Positions 46,901 through 56,613 are shown, counted from the stretch's first letter. The stretch: 64,000 bases of DNA from an uncultured Ectothiorhodospiraceae bacterium (GCA_964408855.1 CAYPBB010000012.1:19321-83320); one strand, 5' to 3'. Made by a program: numbers and translations. The notes: generated by a model from the letters alone, not told the origin.

Positions 46901-47494
46901 GAAGAATTCCAGAAACTCGGTTATCCGGTGCTTTCGCAGGATTCGCTTCCGACCGATCCGGAAATCCTTGAACGGGTATTCGGCGACGATGTCCGGGCCG
47001 GAACAATCGCCCATCCCATGGATATCAGCGATGTCTGGAAAAACTCGTACAGCGAGAACACCTCGAGGAAAATCTGGGCGGCAAAATACGTTGCCCGGCA
47101 CCCCAATCTGGTGGCCCTTGAACTCAGTAGTTTCAAGTGCGGGCACGACGCTCCGATTTATTCTTTGATCCAGGAGATTATAGAATGTTCGGAAACTCCG
47201 TATTTTGCATTCAAGGATATTGATGAAAACAAGCCTTCGGGTAGCATCAAGATCCGCGTCGAAACCATCGGGTATTTCCTGAAGCGTTACCGCGAAGACA
47301 TGGTCGAGCGGACCCGGCAGAAGGAAGAGATTGCCCAGCGGTTGCGAGACTACGAGCTTCGGTTGCGAAAAGCTCTCGAACAGAAACCTGTTACGCGCAC
47401 GTACACGCTTCATGGTACAACGCCTCATTCCGAACCGGTTGTGCAGATTCAGTTGCCTGAGTATGCAAACGCCGCCATGGGGGATGAGCAATGA
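43919..47494 (+). CDS. Large CoA-substrate-specific enzyme activase: two BadF/BadG/BcrA/BcrD-type ATPase domains plus a dehydratase-like domain
   Basis: Two repeats of the acetate/sugar-kinase-fold activase signature are present (YYIGLDVGSTTVKAVVVD... and YLGIDGGSTSTKGVLID...), with C-x-x-C Fe-S ligands. It is 1191 aa. Confidence 0.7.
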   Translation: MTTRYYIGLDVGSTTVKAVVVDAARDAIIWRDYQRHETKQAEKVLDFLTRMKEETGFENDSTRIYITGSGGSNLAQYIGAKFVQEVNAVCLAVEKLYPETGSVIELGGQDAKIIIFKEDPETGKKKKIPSMNDKCAGGTGAVIDKINAKLRIPAAQLCEQRYNNIKLHPVAGKCGVFAETDINGLQKQGVPADELMASLFESLVQQNLSVLTRGHTLRPHVLLLGGPNTFIKGMVECWRYNIPKIWHEREFSLPEGVSPEELILVPDNAVYFAALGAVEFGMEDENGAGIFRGTAELETYLAHGRDLEKQKRGGGAKLYKTEEELAAFKDEYKPYEFQPKTLAHGTVFRAYLGIDGGSTSTKGVLIDENKDVAFIAYQLSKGNPIEDTMHIISLLEEQVAAQGATLKILGAGTTGYAKDILKDTIGGDVALVETVAHTQAALHFYDDVDVICDVGGQDIKIIILKDGRVTDFKLNTQCSAGNGYFLQGTAETFGFPVEEFADRAFSAAAFPEFGYGCAVFMQSDIVDFQRQGWQPEEIMAGLANVLPKNIWLYVSQIPNLAKLGARFVLQGGTQRNLAAVKTQVDFIRSRFRGLDIQPDIIVHRHTGEAGAIGAAVESARLHRLGRETTFIGLEAVRTIRYKTTRSEDTRCYFCKNKCLRTFIDVETAANTTAEDVVLPVFETPAEPAHESKVPLAPGANRLILATCEKGTVEDVAEMRVIAKGLNDNRKKYPNLVEYTAKEAWRAQNPKPAPAPQTRKGLFSRSSGKEDTRARRGEVRIGIPRALNMYQHMPFFSAYFESLGIRSDRIVYSDFTTEELYKEGSKRGSIDPCFPSKVSLAHVHNLLFHKHQATPLDFIFFPIVDDMPTDLYRVQASKACPTVTGTVETVKAAFTKEGDLFEKQGTKYIDPFLSMNNNELVKRQLYQTFKDILELSEEENAFAVEEGYRALERFFVTTREKAREIIDELERENRIGIVLLARPYHSDPGINHLILEEFQKLGYPVLSQDSLPTDPEILERVFGDDVRAGTIAHPMDISDVWKNSYSENTSRKIWAAKYVARHPNLVALELSSFKCGHDAPIYSLIQEIIECSETPYFAFKDIDENKPSGSIKIRVETIGYFLKRYREDMVERTRQKEEIAQRLRDYELRLRKALEQKPVTRTYTLHGTTPHSEPVVQIQLPEYANAAMGDEQ

Positions 47495-47766
47495 ACAAGA
47501 GCAAGGTGATGTTCGAAATATACCGGGAGAGTGAATACAACAGACGATTCCATGTTGTATATTTCACTGAATTGAACGAAGGCAATAAGGAATTCGAAAT
47601 AAACCGTGCGATGGCTGGCGAACACTTTATCGACGGCTTTTTCCTCGAGGATGCGCAGCACGAAGCAAAGGAAGCAATCCAACGCCTGTTGACCGAACTG
47701 AACAGCGGTTCGCCGGTATCGGAATACGATGCCGAGGAGATGTTGAAGGGTGTTCTGGTCAGCTGA
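47491..47766 (+). CDS. Small hypothetical protein, 91 aa
   Basis: An ATGA overlap with the activase stop suggests it is co-translated. Confidence 0.35.
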   Translation: MNKSKVMFEIYRESEYNRRFHVVYFTELNEGNKEFEINRAMAGEHFIDGFFLEDAQHEAKEAIQRLLTELNSGSPVSEYDAEEMLKGVLVS

Positions 47767-47788
47767 ATTCGTTTACGTCTGCGTTACC

Positions 47789-48823
47789 ATGGCGAAAATC
47801 CGGATGCACCGATGGATCGATTGGAGCGTAAAGAAGGCCGGCATTGCCGGCTTTCTCTATCTCACGTTTGTAAGCCTGGAATGTCTTATGGCGCAATCGC
47901 GTATCGTGTATTTTGGCGATTCGATTACGGAAGGCTGGATTGATGCCAGAAAAGCACCTGAAAATGCGTTTCCCGCAAAAACCGATTCCATCCTCCAGGG
48001 ATGGGGGTACCGTGTGGAATCCGTCAATGCCGGTATTGGAGGTCAGACAACATCCGATGCGTTACAGCGCATTTCCGAGGATGTGCTTTTCAAGCATCCG
48101 GATATTGCCGTTATCGCGTTCGGCTCCAACGACTATTTCATTCTCGACGTGAACACCGGTTCACGCGTAGCGCAAGCGGCATTCAAGCGGAATATCTCCA
48201 CAATAGTGGAAATGTGTCTCGGGGTAGGAATAAAACCGGTGCTGTTGGGAATTCCTCCTATCCTCGAACGCAGATTTTATCAGTATACCGCCGAGGAAGC
48301 ATACGTACCCTTGGGCGGCGCACAAACACTGAATGCCGAATACGACGCAATCATCGAAGCGGCGGCTCAGCATTTCAATGTTCCGTATGTCCATATCGAT
48401 TTCGGCGACGAAACCGAACGGGCGGTCTGGCTTGGCTTTGACGGGGTGCATCCACTAGCTTCGGGGCATATGTTGATTGCGCACGCGCTTGCCCAGACTC
48501 TCGAAAACCAGATTAAAGTGGGTCCCCTCGAACCGCTGATCATGGAAAACATGGAGTTGTATCCGTCCCCGGTCAATTTTACTACAACCGGATACGTCGT
48601 ATTTCGCGTGGGCGTGAACCGTCCGCACCAGTTTGCGCTGCACATATATAACAACGCAGGAATGCGTCTGCGGTCAATCATTTATAACGCGACCAAGAAG
48701 GGCACACACTACGTCCTTTGGGATGGGAAAACGGACAGGGGAACAATTGTCGAGTCCGGAGCATATTTCCTTCAGATCGTGTCGCCGACCGGTAGAATAT
48801 CCAAGCATCTCATCGTCTTGTAG
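47789..48823 (+). CDS. SGNH/GDSL hydrolase with a T9SS/FlgD-Ig-like C-terminal sorting domain
   Basis: Block I reads IVYFGDSITEGW. Block V reads DGVHP. The C-terminal roughly 80 aa read GTHYVLWDGKTDRGTIVESGAYFLQIVSPTGRISKHLIVL. The track ORF starts at 47750. Confidence 0.65.
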   Translation: MAKIRMHRWIDWSVKKAGIAGFLYLTFVSLECLMAQSRIVYFGDSITEGWIDARKAPENAFPAKTDSILQGWGYRVESVNAGIGGQTTSDALQRISEDVLFKHPDIAVIAFGSNDYFILDVNTGSRVAQAAFKRNISTIVEMCLGVGIKPVLLGIPPILERRFYQYTAEEAYVPLGGAQTLNAEYDAIIEAAAQHFNVPYVHIDFGDETERAVWLGFDGVHPLASGHMLIAHALAQTLENQIKVGPLEPLIMENMELYPSPVNFTTTGYVVFRVGVNRPHQFALHIYNNAGMRLRSIIYNATKKGTHYVLWDGKTDRGTIVESGAYFLQIVSPTGRISKHLIVL

Positions 48824-48831
48824 GAGCTATA

Positions 48832-49998
48832 ATGAAGATCATCTCACCGCTTTTCCTGATTGCCGCTCTGGCGCTGCCCATATTGCAGGCGCCGGCTCAG
48901 CGGAATGTCAGAATCGATGCGGGGGCATATAAACCTGGAAACGACATCCCCCTCGGGATTCCTCACGGTACATGGGATTTCGACGAATGGCCCGGCGTCG
49001 ATCATGAGGTCAAATACAGAGACCCGTTCATGTATAACCGGAATCCCGGAGACAAAGTCAAGATCGATTACACGCTGTCGGTGTTCGACGAGAACGATCA
49101 CGAAGGGTACTTGAAGACCCCCGATCAACTCACGATGCACGGTTTCATCTCCCTGAACCAGATCCTTGCCGAGGGCGGCGGGAAAACCATCGTCGGCATT
49201 TTCACGCATCCCGACGATGAAATCCTTCTTGCGGGCGGTTTGTTCGCCGCGGCGGCAAAAAACGGCTGGAAAGCGAAAATCTACCTCGTCTCGAACGGCG
49301 CCGACGGTTCCGAAGGGGTGGATTCCGAACCCTCGCCGATTGTCGGTGGATACAACTCGTTCGGAGTCATGCCCAACGGTAAAATCCGCGTGGATACGGA
49401 TATCAAAGGGCAGCGAAAAGTCGGAGTTATTGCCGGGTACGCGAGGAAGCTCGGAGTTCCCATCTCGGTGATGCAACTTGATATGGAAATCGACGGCAAG
49501 AAGGTTGTGCAAGTCGGGGAAACGCCGGGGCTGGACTGGGAGAAAACCTTCGGCGAAGGCACACCTTACAGGAAAGCCATATATGACCAGATACTCAATA
49601 TCATCCGGAACGAATCGCCGGATATCCTTATTACCCATGGCACGAACGGCGAATACAACAACTTTCTGCACAAAACAGTTAACCGCTCGGTGATAGCAGC
49701 TGCGGAGGCATCGCAACAACCGCTGACGCTGTTCACCGCGTTTCCCGAATACAACTACAACGACCATATCACACATTTCGTCGATCTCGATGAAAACGAC
49801 AAAGCCGCGCGTCAGAAGAAATTCGATGCATTCAAGGCGATTACATTCCTTCATACCCCCGGCATGGATTATGACAAGCCCTGGAACCCGGATGATGATT
49901 TGATGGACGGGGCGTTCGTGAAGGACTACGGCTATACTCCCTCGGAAGGCTATCCTCCGCGCTACGAGTTTTTCCAGAAGGTCGATCTGAATCGTTAA
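48832..49998 (+). CDS. PIG-L/LmbE-family deacetylase with an N-terminal signal peptide and extra domain
   Basis: It has a signal peptide (LFLIAALALPILQAPAQ). The LmbE motif reads IVGIFTHPDDEILLAGG. Confidence 0.65.
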   Translation: MKIISPLFLIAALALPILQAPAQRNVRIDAGAYKPGNDIPLGIPHGTWDFDEWPGVDHEVKYRDPFMYNRNPGDKVKIDYTLSVFDENDHEGYLKTPDQLTMHGFISLNQILAEGGGKTIVGIFTHPDDEILLAGGLFAAAAKNGWKAKIYLVSNGADGSEGVDSEPSPIVGGYNSFGVMPNGKIRVDTDIKGQRKVGVIAGYARKLGVPISVMQLDMEIDGKKVVQVGETPGLDWEKTFGEGTPYRKAIYDQILNIIRNESPDILITHGTNGEYNNFLHKTVNRSVIAAAEASQQPLTLFTAFPEYNYNDHITHFVDLDENDKAARQKKFDAFKAITFLHTPGMDYDKPWNPDDDLMDGAFVKDYGYTPSEGYPPRYEFFQKVDLNR

Positions 49999-50007
49999 GC
50001 ACGGTCG

Positions 50008-51069
50008 ATGAACATCGTATTCGTCTGCAACCATTTTCTGCCACGCATAGGCGGGGTGGAACTCAGCGTACATCACACCGCCCGGGCGCTTGCCCGGGCT
50101 GGTCACAATGTGACCATCGTCACGGAAACTCCCGCATCTCGCGAAGATCGATCAAACGAAGCATATACTGTAGAGCGGTTTCAGGTGCCTGTTGTCCGCC
50201 CGATTACCAGGCTCTTTTACTGGCGCGAGATGTGGCGTCGGCGGCGGATTTTTCGCAGAGCGGACGCCCTTCATTTTCACGATTACACGCCGTTCATCCA
50301 CTGGTACCTGCCGCTCGCACTCATCATCCGTAGACCGCGATACGGCATTACCTTCCATGGCTTCGAAGGCTTTCCGATAAAACTGAGACATAAGTTCCTT
50401 CGAACGCTCTGCATTCCTTTCATGGATGTCGTATTCGGCGTCGGCAATTACCTGAAGAAATATTACGGTCACCGGTTCGATGCGTTCTATATCGGCGCGC
50501 CAGTTACACACGTGGAAGAGACAGAAGTTCATATGACCTGGGATTTCTTCTTCGCCGGGCGGCTCGAACCCGACACCGGCATTTTCGAATGCGCCTCGGC
50601 AATTGCGCAAGCGGCATCCGGACTGCGCCGTCAGGTAACCATGTGCTGCGCCGGTGAAGGATCGCTCAAAGAAGCCATACGTTCGCTCGGCAATGAGTGT
50701 TGCCACATATCGACGCCGGGGAATATCGCCAATCCCGCAGGAGAGTACCGGCAATCGCGCTTTGTCGTTGCGACCGGATTTCTTGCAATCTTCGACGCGT
50801 TTGCATCGGGCGCTCCGGCGTTGATTCCCGCGCTCACCCCGATAAAACGCGATTATCTGGCTTCGATTCCCGGTATCGGGTCGATGGCATTTATTGCCGG
50901 CGACCGATTGCAGTTGGCTCAGGTCGTATCCGATCTTCTTGACAATCCTGACCGGGTGGAAGAGAAAGTCCGCACCGCCCGCAAATTCGCAAACGCGCTT
51001 TCATGGGATAATATCGCTTCTATGTATATTGACGCGTACGAAAAAGCCGGTCCGGAGCGTACCCGGTAG
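50008..51069 (+). CDS. Glycosyltransferase family 4 (GT-B)
   Basis: The N-terminus (MNIVFVCNHFLPRIGGVELSVHHTARALARAGHNVTIV) is typical of GT4. Confidence 0.7.
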   Translation: MNIVFVCNHFLPRIGGVELSVHHTARALARAGHNVTIVTETPASREDRSNEAYTVERFQVPVVRPITRLFYWREMWRRRRIFRRADALHFHDYTPFIHWYLPLALIIRRPRYGITFHGFEGFPIKLRHKFLRTLCIPFMDVVFGVGNYLKKYYGHRFDAFYIGAPVTHVEETEVHMTWDFFFAGRLEPDTGIFECASAIAQAASGLRRQVTMCCAGEGSLKEAIRSLGNECCHISTPGNIANPAGEYRQSRFVVATGFLAIFDAFASGAPALIPALTPIKRDYLASIPGIGSMAFIAGDRLQLAQVVSDLLDNPDRVEEKVRTARKFANALSWDNIASMYIDAYEKAGPERTR

Positions 51070-51119
51070 CGGGCGCGGTTTGGCACGGCCAATGACGGTC
51101 ATCAAGGTTTCCTCCAGGA

Positions 51120-52310
51120 ATGAATCTATCTGAATATCACCACCTGTTTCTCGGATTGTCGACATTCGAAAGTCTGCCGCAACGCGAACAGGGAATCGCG
51201 TTCGATCTTGCGGGAAGAGGGGCAAAGGTGGATTTCGTTGAAATCGTACCGTCGCTTGCCGGCTTGTTCAGGCGGCAGTTCGACCGGCTCTTCAGGCGAT
51301 CGGCTGTCGACAGCCGCAGGTTCATGAAACCGTTGCCGGAAGGATTTCACATTCACATTCCGCCGAGAGTACCGACGTCTTTTCGTAACAGCGTGACACC
51401 GTTTTATGACCGGTTTGCATTCCGGTCATGGTTCCGTAGAACATTCAGAAATCAACCGTGGGACAGGACAATTGTGTGGAATATGTTTCCGCTCTGGTGG
51501 AAATGGTACCTCGACCGCGATTTCATCAATCCAAGGTTAGTGATATACGATATCGCCGACGATTTATCGGTATTCTGTTCATCCAGCTATGCAATGAACC
51601 GTATGCAGGCAGCCGAAACGCTCCTTGCGAAGGAAGCCGATCTAGTCACATTCAGCGCGCGCGAAATGCGCGGCGATATCGAGCGGCGATTGCCCGGCAA
51701 GGAAGCGGTCTTTCTTCCGAACGCCATGTCGGATCTGTTCATTGCAGTTGCGAACGAACAAGCGGGAAACGCTGCGGATACAAAGAAGATAATCGGGTTT
51801 GTCGGATTCCTGAGCGAGAAATGGATCGACACAGAACTTCTTCTGCAGGTCGCGGAACGATATTCCGATTGCACCGTCTCTATTATCGGTCCGATGCAGA
51901 AAGGGTTGGCTGAACGTTTCCAGCAATATGCGAATGTTTCAATGACCGGCTTTGTGGATCAGGAACGAGCCGTCGAGTACATGAAAACATTCGATGTCGC
52001 GTTGATCCCATTCCGGCAGAACGAGATTACACGCGTCGTGAACCCGTTGAAGCTCTACGAGTATGCCGCCGCGGGTTTACCCATTGTAACGATTTCAACC
52101 GACGAATTACAGCATTACTCCGAGTTCCTCTATCTGTCGGCATCGAGGGAAGAGTTTCTGGGAAATATCGAAATTGCGTTGCGCGACAATTCGCCCTCTT
52201 CGATCGCAGCGCGAAAAGCATTCGCGCTTCGTCATACGTGGCATTCCAGAATCGACGATTTCCAATCCGCAATACACGAAAACACCTTTCTACCCGGGAA
52301 AGGAGAGTGA
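51120..52310 (+). CDS. Glycosyltransferase (group-1 C-terminal domain)
   Basis: The C-terminal region is GT1-like (IGFVGFLSEKW...FDVALIPFRQNEITRVVNPLKLYEYAAAGLPIV). Confidence 0.55.
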   Translation: MNLSEYHHLFLGLSTFESLPQREQGIAFDLAGRGAKVDFVEIVPSLAGLFRRQFDRLFRRSAVDSRRFMKPLPEGFHIHIPPRVPTSFRNSVTPFYDRFAFRSWFRRTFRNQPWDRTIVWNMFPLWWKWYLDRDFINPRLVIYDIADDLSVFCSSSYAMNRMQAAETLLAKEADLVTFSAREMRGDIERRLPGKEAVFLPNAMSDLFIAVANEQAGNAADTKKIIGFVGFLSEKWIDTELLLQVAERYSDCTVSIIGPMQKGLAERFQQYANVSMTGFVDQERAVEYMKTFDVALIPFRQNEITRVVNPLKLYEYAAAGLPIVTISTDELQHYSEFLYLSASREEFLGNIEIALRDNSPSSIAARKAFALRHTWHSRIDDFQSAIHENTFLPGKGE

Positions 52311-53617
52311 CCACATTGGTTCAGGCGCTGAAACAACATCTGAAAGAGTATATCGGTTTGGCTGCGAAGCAAAGCGGGATCGTTCTTATCGGAGATGTTG
52401 TAGCGAAGGCATTGACATTCGCGATATCCCTGACGGTGATGAAATTCGTGTCTCCGGCGGAATACATCGTATTTGGAATGTTCCTCACCGTACAAGCCAT
52501 CATCGCGCAGCTCGCCGATAGCGGCGTCAATCAGAGTTTCACACGCTTTTATGCGCTGTACGCACCAGGCAATCCGGCACGAGCGAACGCGCATTACCGT
52601 CTTGCGCTGCAGATAAAGATCGTCGTACTGGCGGCATTCGGGGTCGTACTATACATCTTCGCCGAACCGCTCGCTGTGCTGAGCAAGTATCCCGAACTCA
52701 AGGATGCATACCGCTTATTGAGTATCGGAGTTATCGGCGTCGGTTTTTTCGAGTTCTTCCAGGCGGTATTTCAGGCGAGACAGGATTTCAAGCAACTCAC
52801 CGCGCTCCGTGTAAGCGAGGCGGCATTGAAAATCGGCTTCATTTATCTTTTCGCTTCGGTTGCTACCTTCTCGCTGACCACTGTCTACATCGCCTATGCA
52901 GCTGTGCCGTTGGCGGTGATATTGGTGGTCTTTGCGTTTTCGAAGAAACTCCGGGTTCACGCCGAATATGATAAAAAGGATATCGGCGGAGAGTTGTTTT
53001 CGTTCGTGCGCTGGTTGATGCTGACCTCGTTCGCAATGATCTTCCTTCAGCACCTCGATGTATTGCTCATCGGACCGATGCTTGTTCACAATGCGCACGA
53101 TGCAGGGTTATTCGTCGCGGGGAAGAAACTCTGCACGCCCTTCTTCGTGCTTTCGGCATCCATCGCGACCGTTTTCTTCCCCAAGGCCATGGCGCTGCGC
53201 ACCGTCGAGGAGATGAAGCGGTACGTCAAACGGACGCTCCAGGTATCGGTTCCCGTAGCTGCGGGTTCCGCCTTTTATGTCGTCGCACTATATCTGCTCA
53301 TCCCGGCATATTTTCCGGATTATACATCGGCATTACCGGTTGTCTATATACTTTACATCGGGTGGGCCTGGACAATCATTGGCAACCCGCTTACCATGCT
53401 GATGCTGAGTCTCAACAAAGCGAACGTCGCCACCGCCGTAAGCATTGTACAGCTTGTGGTGACCATTGTATCGCATTATCTGTTCATTCAATGGCTCGGC
53501 GGGGTAGGAGCGGCGCTCAGCAACGTTGTTATCTGGTTTGCAGCCGGAAGTTATTCTCTTTGGTATATTTACACACACAGAAAAGACATCGAACACGTGC
53601 ACCGGCTTGAACCATGA
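52307..53617 (+). CDS. Polysaccharide flippase (Wzx/MOP superfamily)
   Basis: It has about 12 to 14 TM helices. A GTG start overlaps the upstream stop; the track ORF starts at 52238. Confidence 0.65.
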   Translation: MTTLVQALKQHLKEYIGLAAKQSGIVLIGDVVAKALTFAISLTVMKFVSPAEYIVFGMFLTVQAIIAQLADSGVNQSFTRFYALYAPGNPARANAHYRLALQIKIVVLAAFGVVLYIFAEPLAVLSKYPELKDAYRLLSIGVIGVGFFEFFQAVFQARQDFKQLTALRVSEAALKIGFIYLFASVATFSLTTVYIAYAAVPLAVILVVFAFSKKLRVHAEYDKKDIGGELFSFVRWLMLTSFAMIFLQHLDVLLIGPMLVHNAHDAGLFVAGKKLCTPFFVLSASIATVFFPKAMALRTVEEMKRYVKRTLQVSVPVAAGSAFYVVALYLLIPAYFPDYTSALPVVYILYIGWAWTIIGNPLTMLMLSLNKANVATAVSIVQLVVTIVSHYLFIQWLGGVGAALSNVVIWFAAGSYSLWYIYTHRKDIEHVHRLEP

Positions 53618-54180
53618 TTGGATTGTTGCTGCGTCTGATACATAGGATTGTACGCCGAGCGGAACGCGAGTCGTTCATGCATCGTATCGCAACATTGAAT
53701 CGCGAAGGACACGATATCGATACCGGCGCAATATTCGGTCCGCGTCTTGAAGTACACGCTGCGCCGGATAGCCTGATCACCATTGAACGCGGCGTTGAAA
53801 TCCTTCACGATTCATGGATAATAACGCATGAAGGAAACCGCTTGACACTGCGCGAAAATGTGTTCATCTCTCAGCATTGCACGATATCGGGCAACGTCGA
53901 AATAGGGAAGAACACCCTTCTCGGCGGATTCATCAGCGTCATCGATGCAAACCATAACTTCGACCGCTCTGATCTTCCCATCCGCGATCAGGGCGGTTCG
54001 AACGCGCCGGTCGTCATCGGAGAAGATGTTTGGATTGGCGCTTCCTCGGTCATCCTTGGCGGCGTCACCATCGGCGATCATTCCATCATCGGGGCGAACA
54101 GCACGGTAACCGGCGATATTCCGCCCTGGTCGGTTGCTGTCGGTTCGCCCGCGCGCGTCGTGAAAATACGCGAACATTAA
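53614..54180 (+). CDS. Hexapeptide-repeat (LbH) sugar O-acetyltransferase
   Basis: LbH repeats are present (VWIGASSVILGGVTIGDHSIIGANSTVTGDIPPWSVAVGSPARVV). Confidence 0.75.
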   Translation: MIGLLLRLIHRIVRRAERESFMHRIATLNREGHDIDTGAIFGPRLEVHAAPDSLITIERGVEILHDSWIITHEGNRLTLRENVFISQHCTISGNVEIGKNTLLGGFISVIDANHNFDRSDLPIRDQGGSNAPVVIGEDVWIGASSVILGGVTIGDHSIIGANSTVTGDIPPWSVAVGSPARVVKIREH

Positions 54181-54185
54181 TCCGT

Positions 54186-55232
54186 ATGGATATCCGGCAG
54201 ACATCGTTCGAAGACCCCATGTTGCAGGCGGCATGGCAGGAACTATACAATGCGGATGACCTTGCGACCGGAACGTACTTTCAATCCTACGAATGGAACC
54301 GAACGTGGTGGGAATTCTACGGCAAGCCGGCATCCAACCATTCGCTACTATTATTACTGCTTACCGAGGGTTCACGGATTACGGCCATTGCGCCATTGTA
54401 TTCCGGCACGCGTAGCATGTTGAACCTTCCGCTCTGGCGACGGATACGCTGGATCGGCGACGCGCTGCCGCCATATCCTGATATTCTCGTCCGAAGCATG
54501 CATGCTTCCGAGGCATGGCGCGCAATCTTTGATTACATCGGCGCACGCTATCCTTCGGCATGGTTGGAATTGGGAGGAGCGCTTTCCAGCGGCTCGCTCG
54601 ACGGAATTTCTGATGCCGCCTATGAACGCCGTACACAACCCGACGACGTCTACCACTGGGTTGATATACCTGTGAGAGCGGGGGATGATTCATGGTTTAC
54701 CGCCGGTCTCTCGAAAACGCTGCGGCGGTATAGGGCGTCGGGTTCCATTACTTGGGAATTTTCCCAGCGCGTCCTGAGGACCGAACTGCTCGGACACATG
54801 ATATCATATAATACATCAACTTTTGGAGCGAAGAGTTATTTTGCTTCCGCGCAAAACGAAGCATTCTTCTCCGCTCTCGCCGAGCGCGATGCATCGAAGA
54901 CATGGTATTCTACGCTGTCATTCGAAGGCGTCCCGGTAAGTGTGATGTTCGGGTTCCGCCGCCGGGATGTTCTTTACTTTTTTCTGAGCGGCACGACGCA
55001 TGCGTTTCCCGATCCGAATGTCCGTTTGGGCGGATTGAACCGGTATCTTTTATTCAAGCACATGCAGGAAAGCGGTATCCGGCGTTTCGATTTTCTTCGC
55101 GGCGACGATGCATATAAACTCGAGTACAGACCGGAGACGATGTACTCGAAAACATGTACTTTCATACCGCATCGAAAGACCGGGTATTACGCAGCAACTG
55201 CACTGCGAAAGCTCCGAAAACTGGCAGGCTAA
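54186..55232 (+). CDS. FemAB/BioF2-like (CelD-type) acyltransferase, paralogue of 37792..38787
   Basis: The start is taken at MDIRQTSFEDPMLQAAWQELY..., since the upstream part of ORF 54030..55232 overlaps the LbH gene in another frame. The fold is a two-lobed GNAT-like architecture. Confidence 0.5.
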   Translation: MDIRQTSFEDPMLQAAWQELYNADDLATGTYFQSYEWNRTWWEFYGKPASNHSLLLLLLTEGSRITAIAPLYSGTRSMLNLPLWRRIRWIGDALPPYPDILVRSMHASEAWRAIFDYIGARYPSAWLELGGALSSGSLDGISDAAYERRTQPDDVYHWVDIPVRAGDDSWFTAGLSKTLRRYRASGSITWEFSQRVLRTELLGHMISYNTSTFGAKSYFASAQNEAFFSALAERDASKTWYSTLSFEGVPVSVMFGFRRRDVLYFFLSGTTHAFPDPNVRLGGLNRYLLFKHMQESGIRRFDFLRGDDAYKLEYRPETMYSKTCTFIPHRKTGYYAATALRKLRKLAG

Positions 55233-55235
55233 TCC

Positions 55236-55787
55236 ATGAAGGCGGTGAAAACAAATACGCTCGACTTTTTCCGGATGCCCCTGGAGGCGATTGTTGCGCC
55301 TTTCGCTGGTATTGATATGGCCGTAAGAATTGCTGATGGTCCGGATGATATCGACGAGGTATTTTTTTCGCATCATCATTTCCGTGATATCTACGAGAGC
55401 AGATACGCAGCCGGACACCGTGCGATAATTGCTTCTCTTTCAGGTCAACCGGCGCATATTGCCTGGATCGCCACAGGTAAATTGAGAATCGACGAACTGG
55501 CGTACACATGGCAGCTCAGCGAAGGAATCGTATGTTTGTACGATTGCCGCACCCTCGAACCGATGCGGGGCAGGGGCGCATATCCTTCAACTTTACGATG
55601 GATTTCGGACCATTGCAGCGCGCAACGAATAATCGGCATCTGGATTTACTGCGAACCCGGGAACATTGCATCCGTCCGCGGAATAGAAAAGGCAGGATTC
55701 GAACTTATTGGCAAGGCGGCGGCGATGTTTTTTTTGGGTATGTGCGTGCAACGGAGATGGGATAAGAGGCTCAGGGAATGTTTATAA
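55236..55787 (+). CDS. GNAT-family N-acetyltransferase
   Basis: A GNAT motif is present (MRGRGAYPSTLRWI...IGIWIYCEPGNIASVRGIEKAGFE). Confidence 0.5.
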   Translation: MKAVKTNTLDFFRMPLEAIVAPFAGIDMAVRIADGPDDIDEVFFSHHHFRDIYESRYAAGHRAIIASLSGQPAHIAWIATGKLRIDELAYTWQLSEGIVCLYDCRTLEPMRGRGAYPSTLRWISDHCSAQRIIGIWIYCEPGNIASVRGIEKAGFELIGKAAAMFFLGMCVQRRWDKRLRECL

Positions 55788-56581
55788 TTTCTCAACTTCT
55801 CGAAAAATTGACATACCGGCGGCTGAAACAGCGCGCGGACCAGATAACGCAGCTCTGGCGCAATCCTCTTTATACCGTATACCCCCGGCAAATAAATATC
55901 GAGAGCGGCCCGCCCCGGCGGGTAGTTGTTTTAACGCCGCATGCCGACGACGAAACATTCGGCGCCGGTGGCGCGATTCATCTGCATTGCCTGCGCTCCG
56001 ACGATGTCCGTATCCTCTTGTTTTCAGATAATATAGCGAGCGTGGTCGCTGGACAGATGCCGGAAGAAGAAATTCTCTTGCACCGCGAACGCGAGTTCTC
56101 CGGGGCGATGAACGCGCTTGGCGTCTCGAAATTCAGTTCGCTTCGTTTATCTGACGAGGATTTTACGCCGGAATCGGTGAAAAATACAATTCTCCGGGAC
56201 TATCTCATTGAGAATCAACCCGATCTTTTGTATCTTCCATCTTTGTTTGATAACCATCAGGATCACCGAACGTTAAATCTTTGGGCGGTTTCTGCTCTAA
56301 AACAAATCCCACACCACACCATTCTCTGCAGAGGATACGAAGTGTGGAGTCCGTTACCCGCCACGTCGGCGCTGAATATCTCCCCGGTTATCGGCATCAA
56401 GCAACAGGCAATGCGGTGTTATGCAAGCCAGTTGCAGAATATTCGTTACGATCATCACATTACAGGGCTCAACGCGTACCGCGCGATGACGTTCGGCGAT
56501 ACGGCTCTGTATGCGGAAGCGTTTCTTGAAACGCCCGCGGATGATTATATAGCACTAGTTGAATCGTACCTTGCAAGTTAA
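55778..56581 (+). CDS. PIG-L/LmbE-family deacetylase
   Basis: The motif RVVVLTPHADDETFGAGGAI is present. Confidence 0.7.
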   Translation: MFIISQLLEKLTYRRLKQRADQITQLWRNPLYTVYPRQINIESGPPRRVVVLTPHADDETFGAGGAIHLHCLRSDDVRILLFSDNIASVVAGQMPEEEILLHREREFSGAMNALGVSKFSSLRLSDEDFTPESVKNTILRDYLIENQPDLLYLPSLFDNHQDHRTLNLWAVSALKQIPHHTILCRGYEVWSPLPATSALNISPVIGIKQQAMRCYASQLQNIRYDHHITGLNAYRAMTFGDTALYAEAFLETPADDYIALVESYLAS

Positions 56582-56613
56582 CTGATTTACGTTCTATCAG
56601 GAGGAATGTATCA

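Noticed and set aside
48844-50106. 420-aa minus-strand ORF
   Set aside because: It is antisense to the LmbE and GT4 genes. It has no motifs and spans a real intergenic junction.
51078-51096. TGGCAC-N5-ATGAC motif resembling a sigma-54 -24/-12 promoter, located between two glycosyltransferase genes
   Set aside because: The -12 element lacks the conserved GC (TTGCA). This is a single weak occurrence in GC-rich DNA and is likely chance. Another weak TGGCAT-N5-TTGTT at 28771..28790 is on the wrong strand for the adjacent gene.
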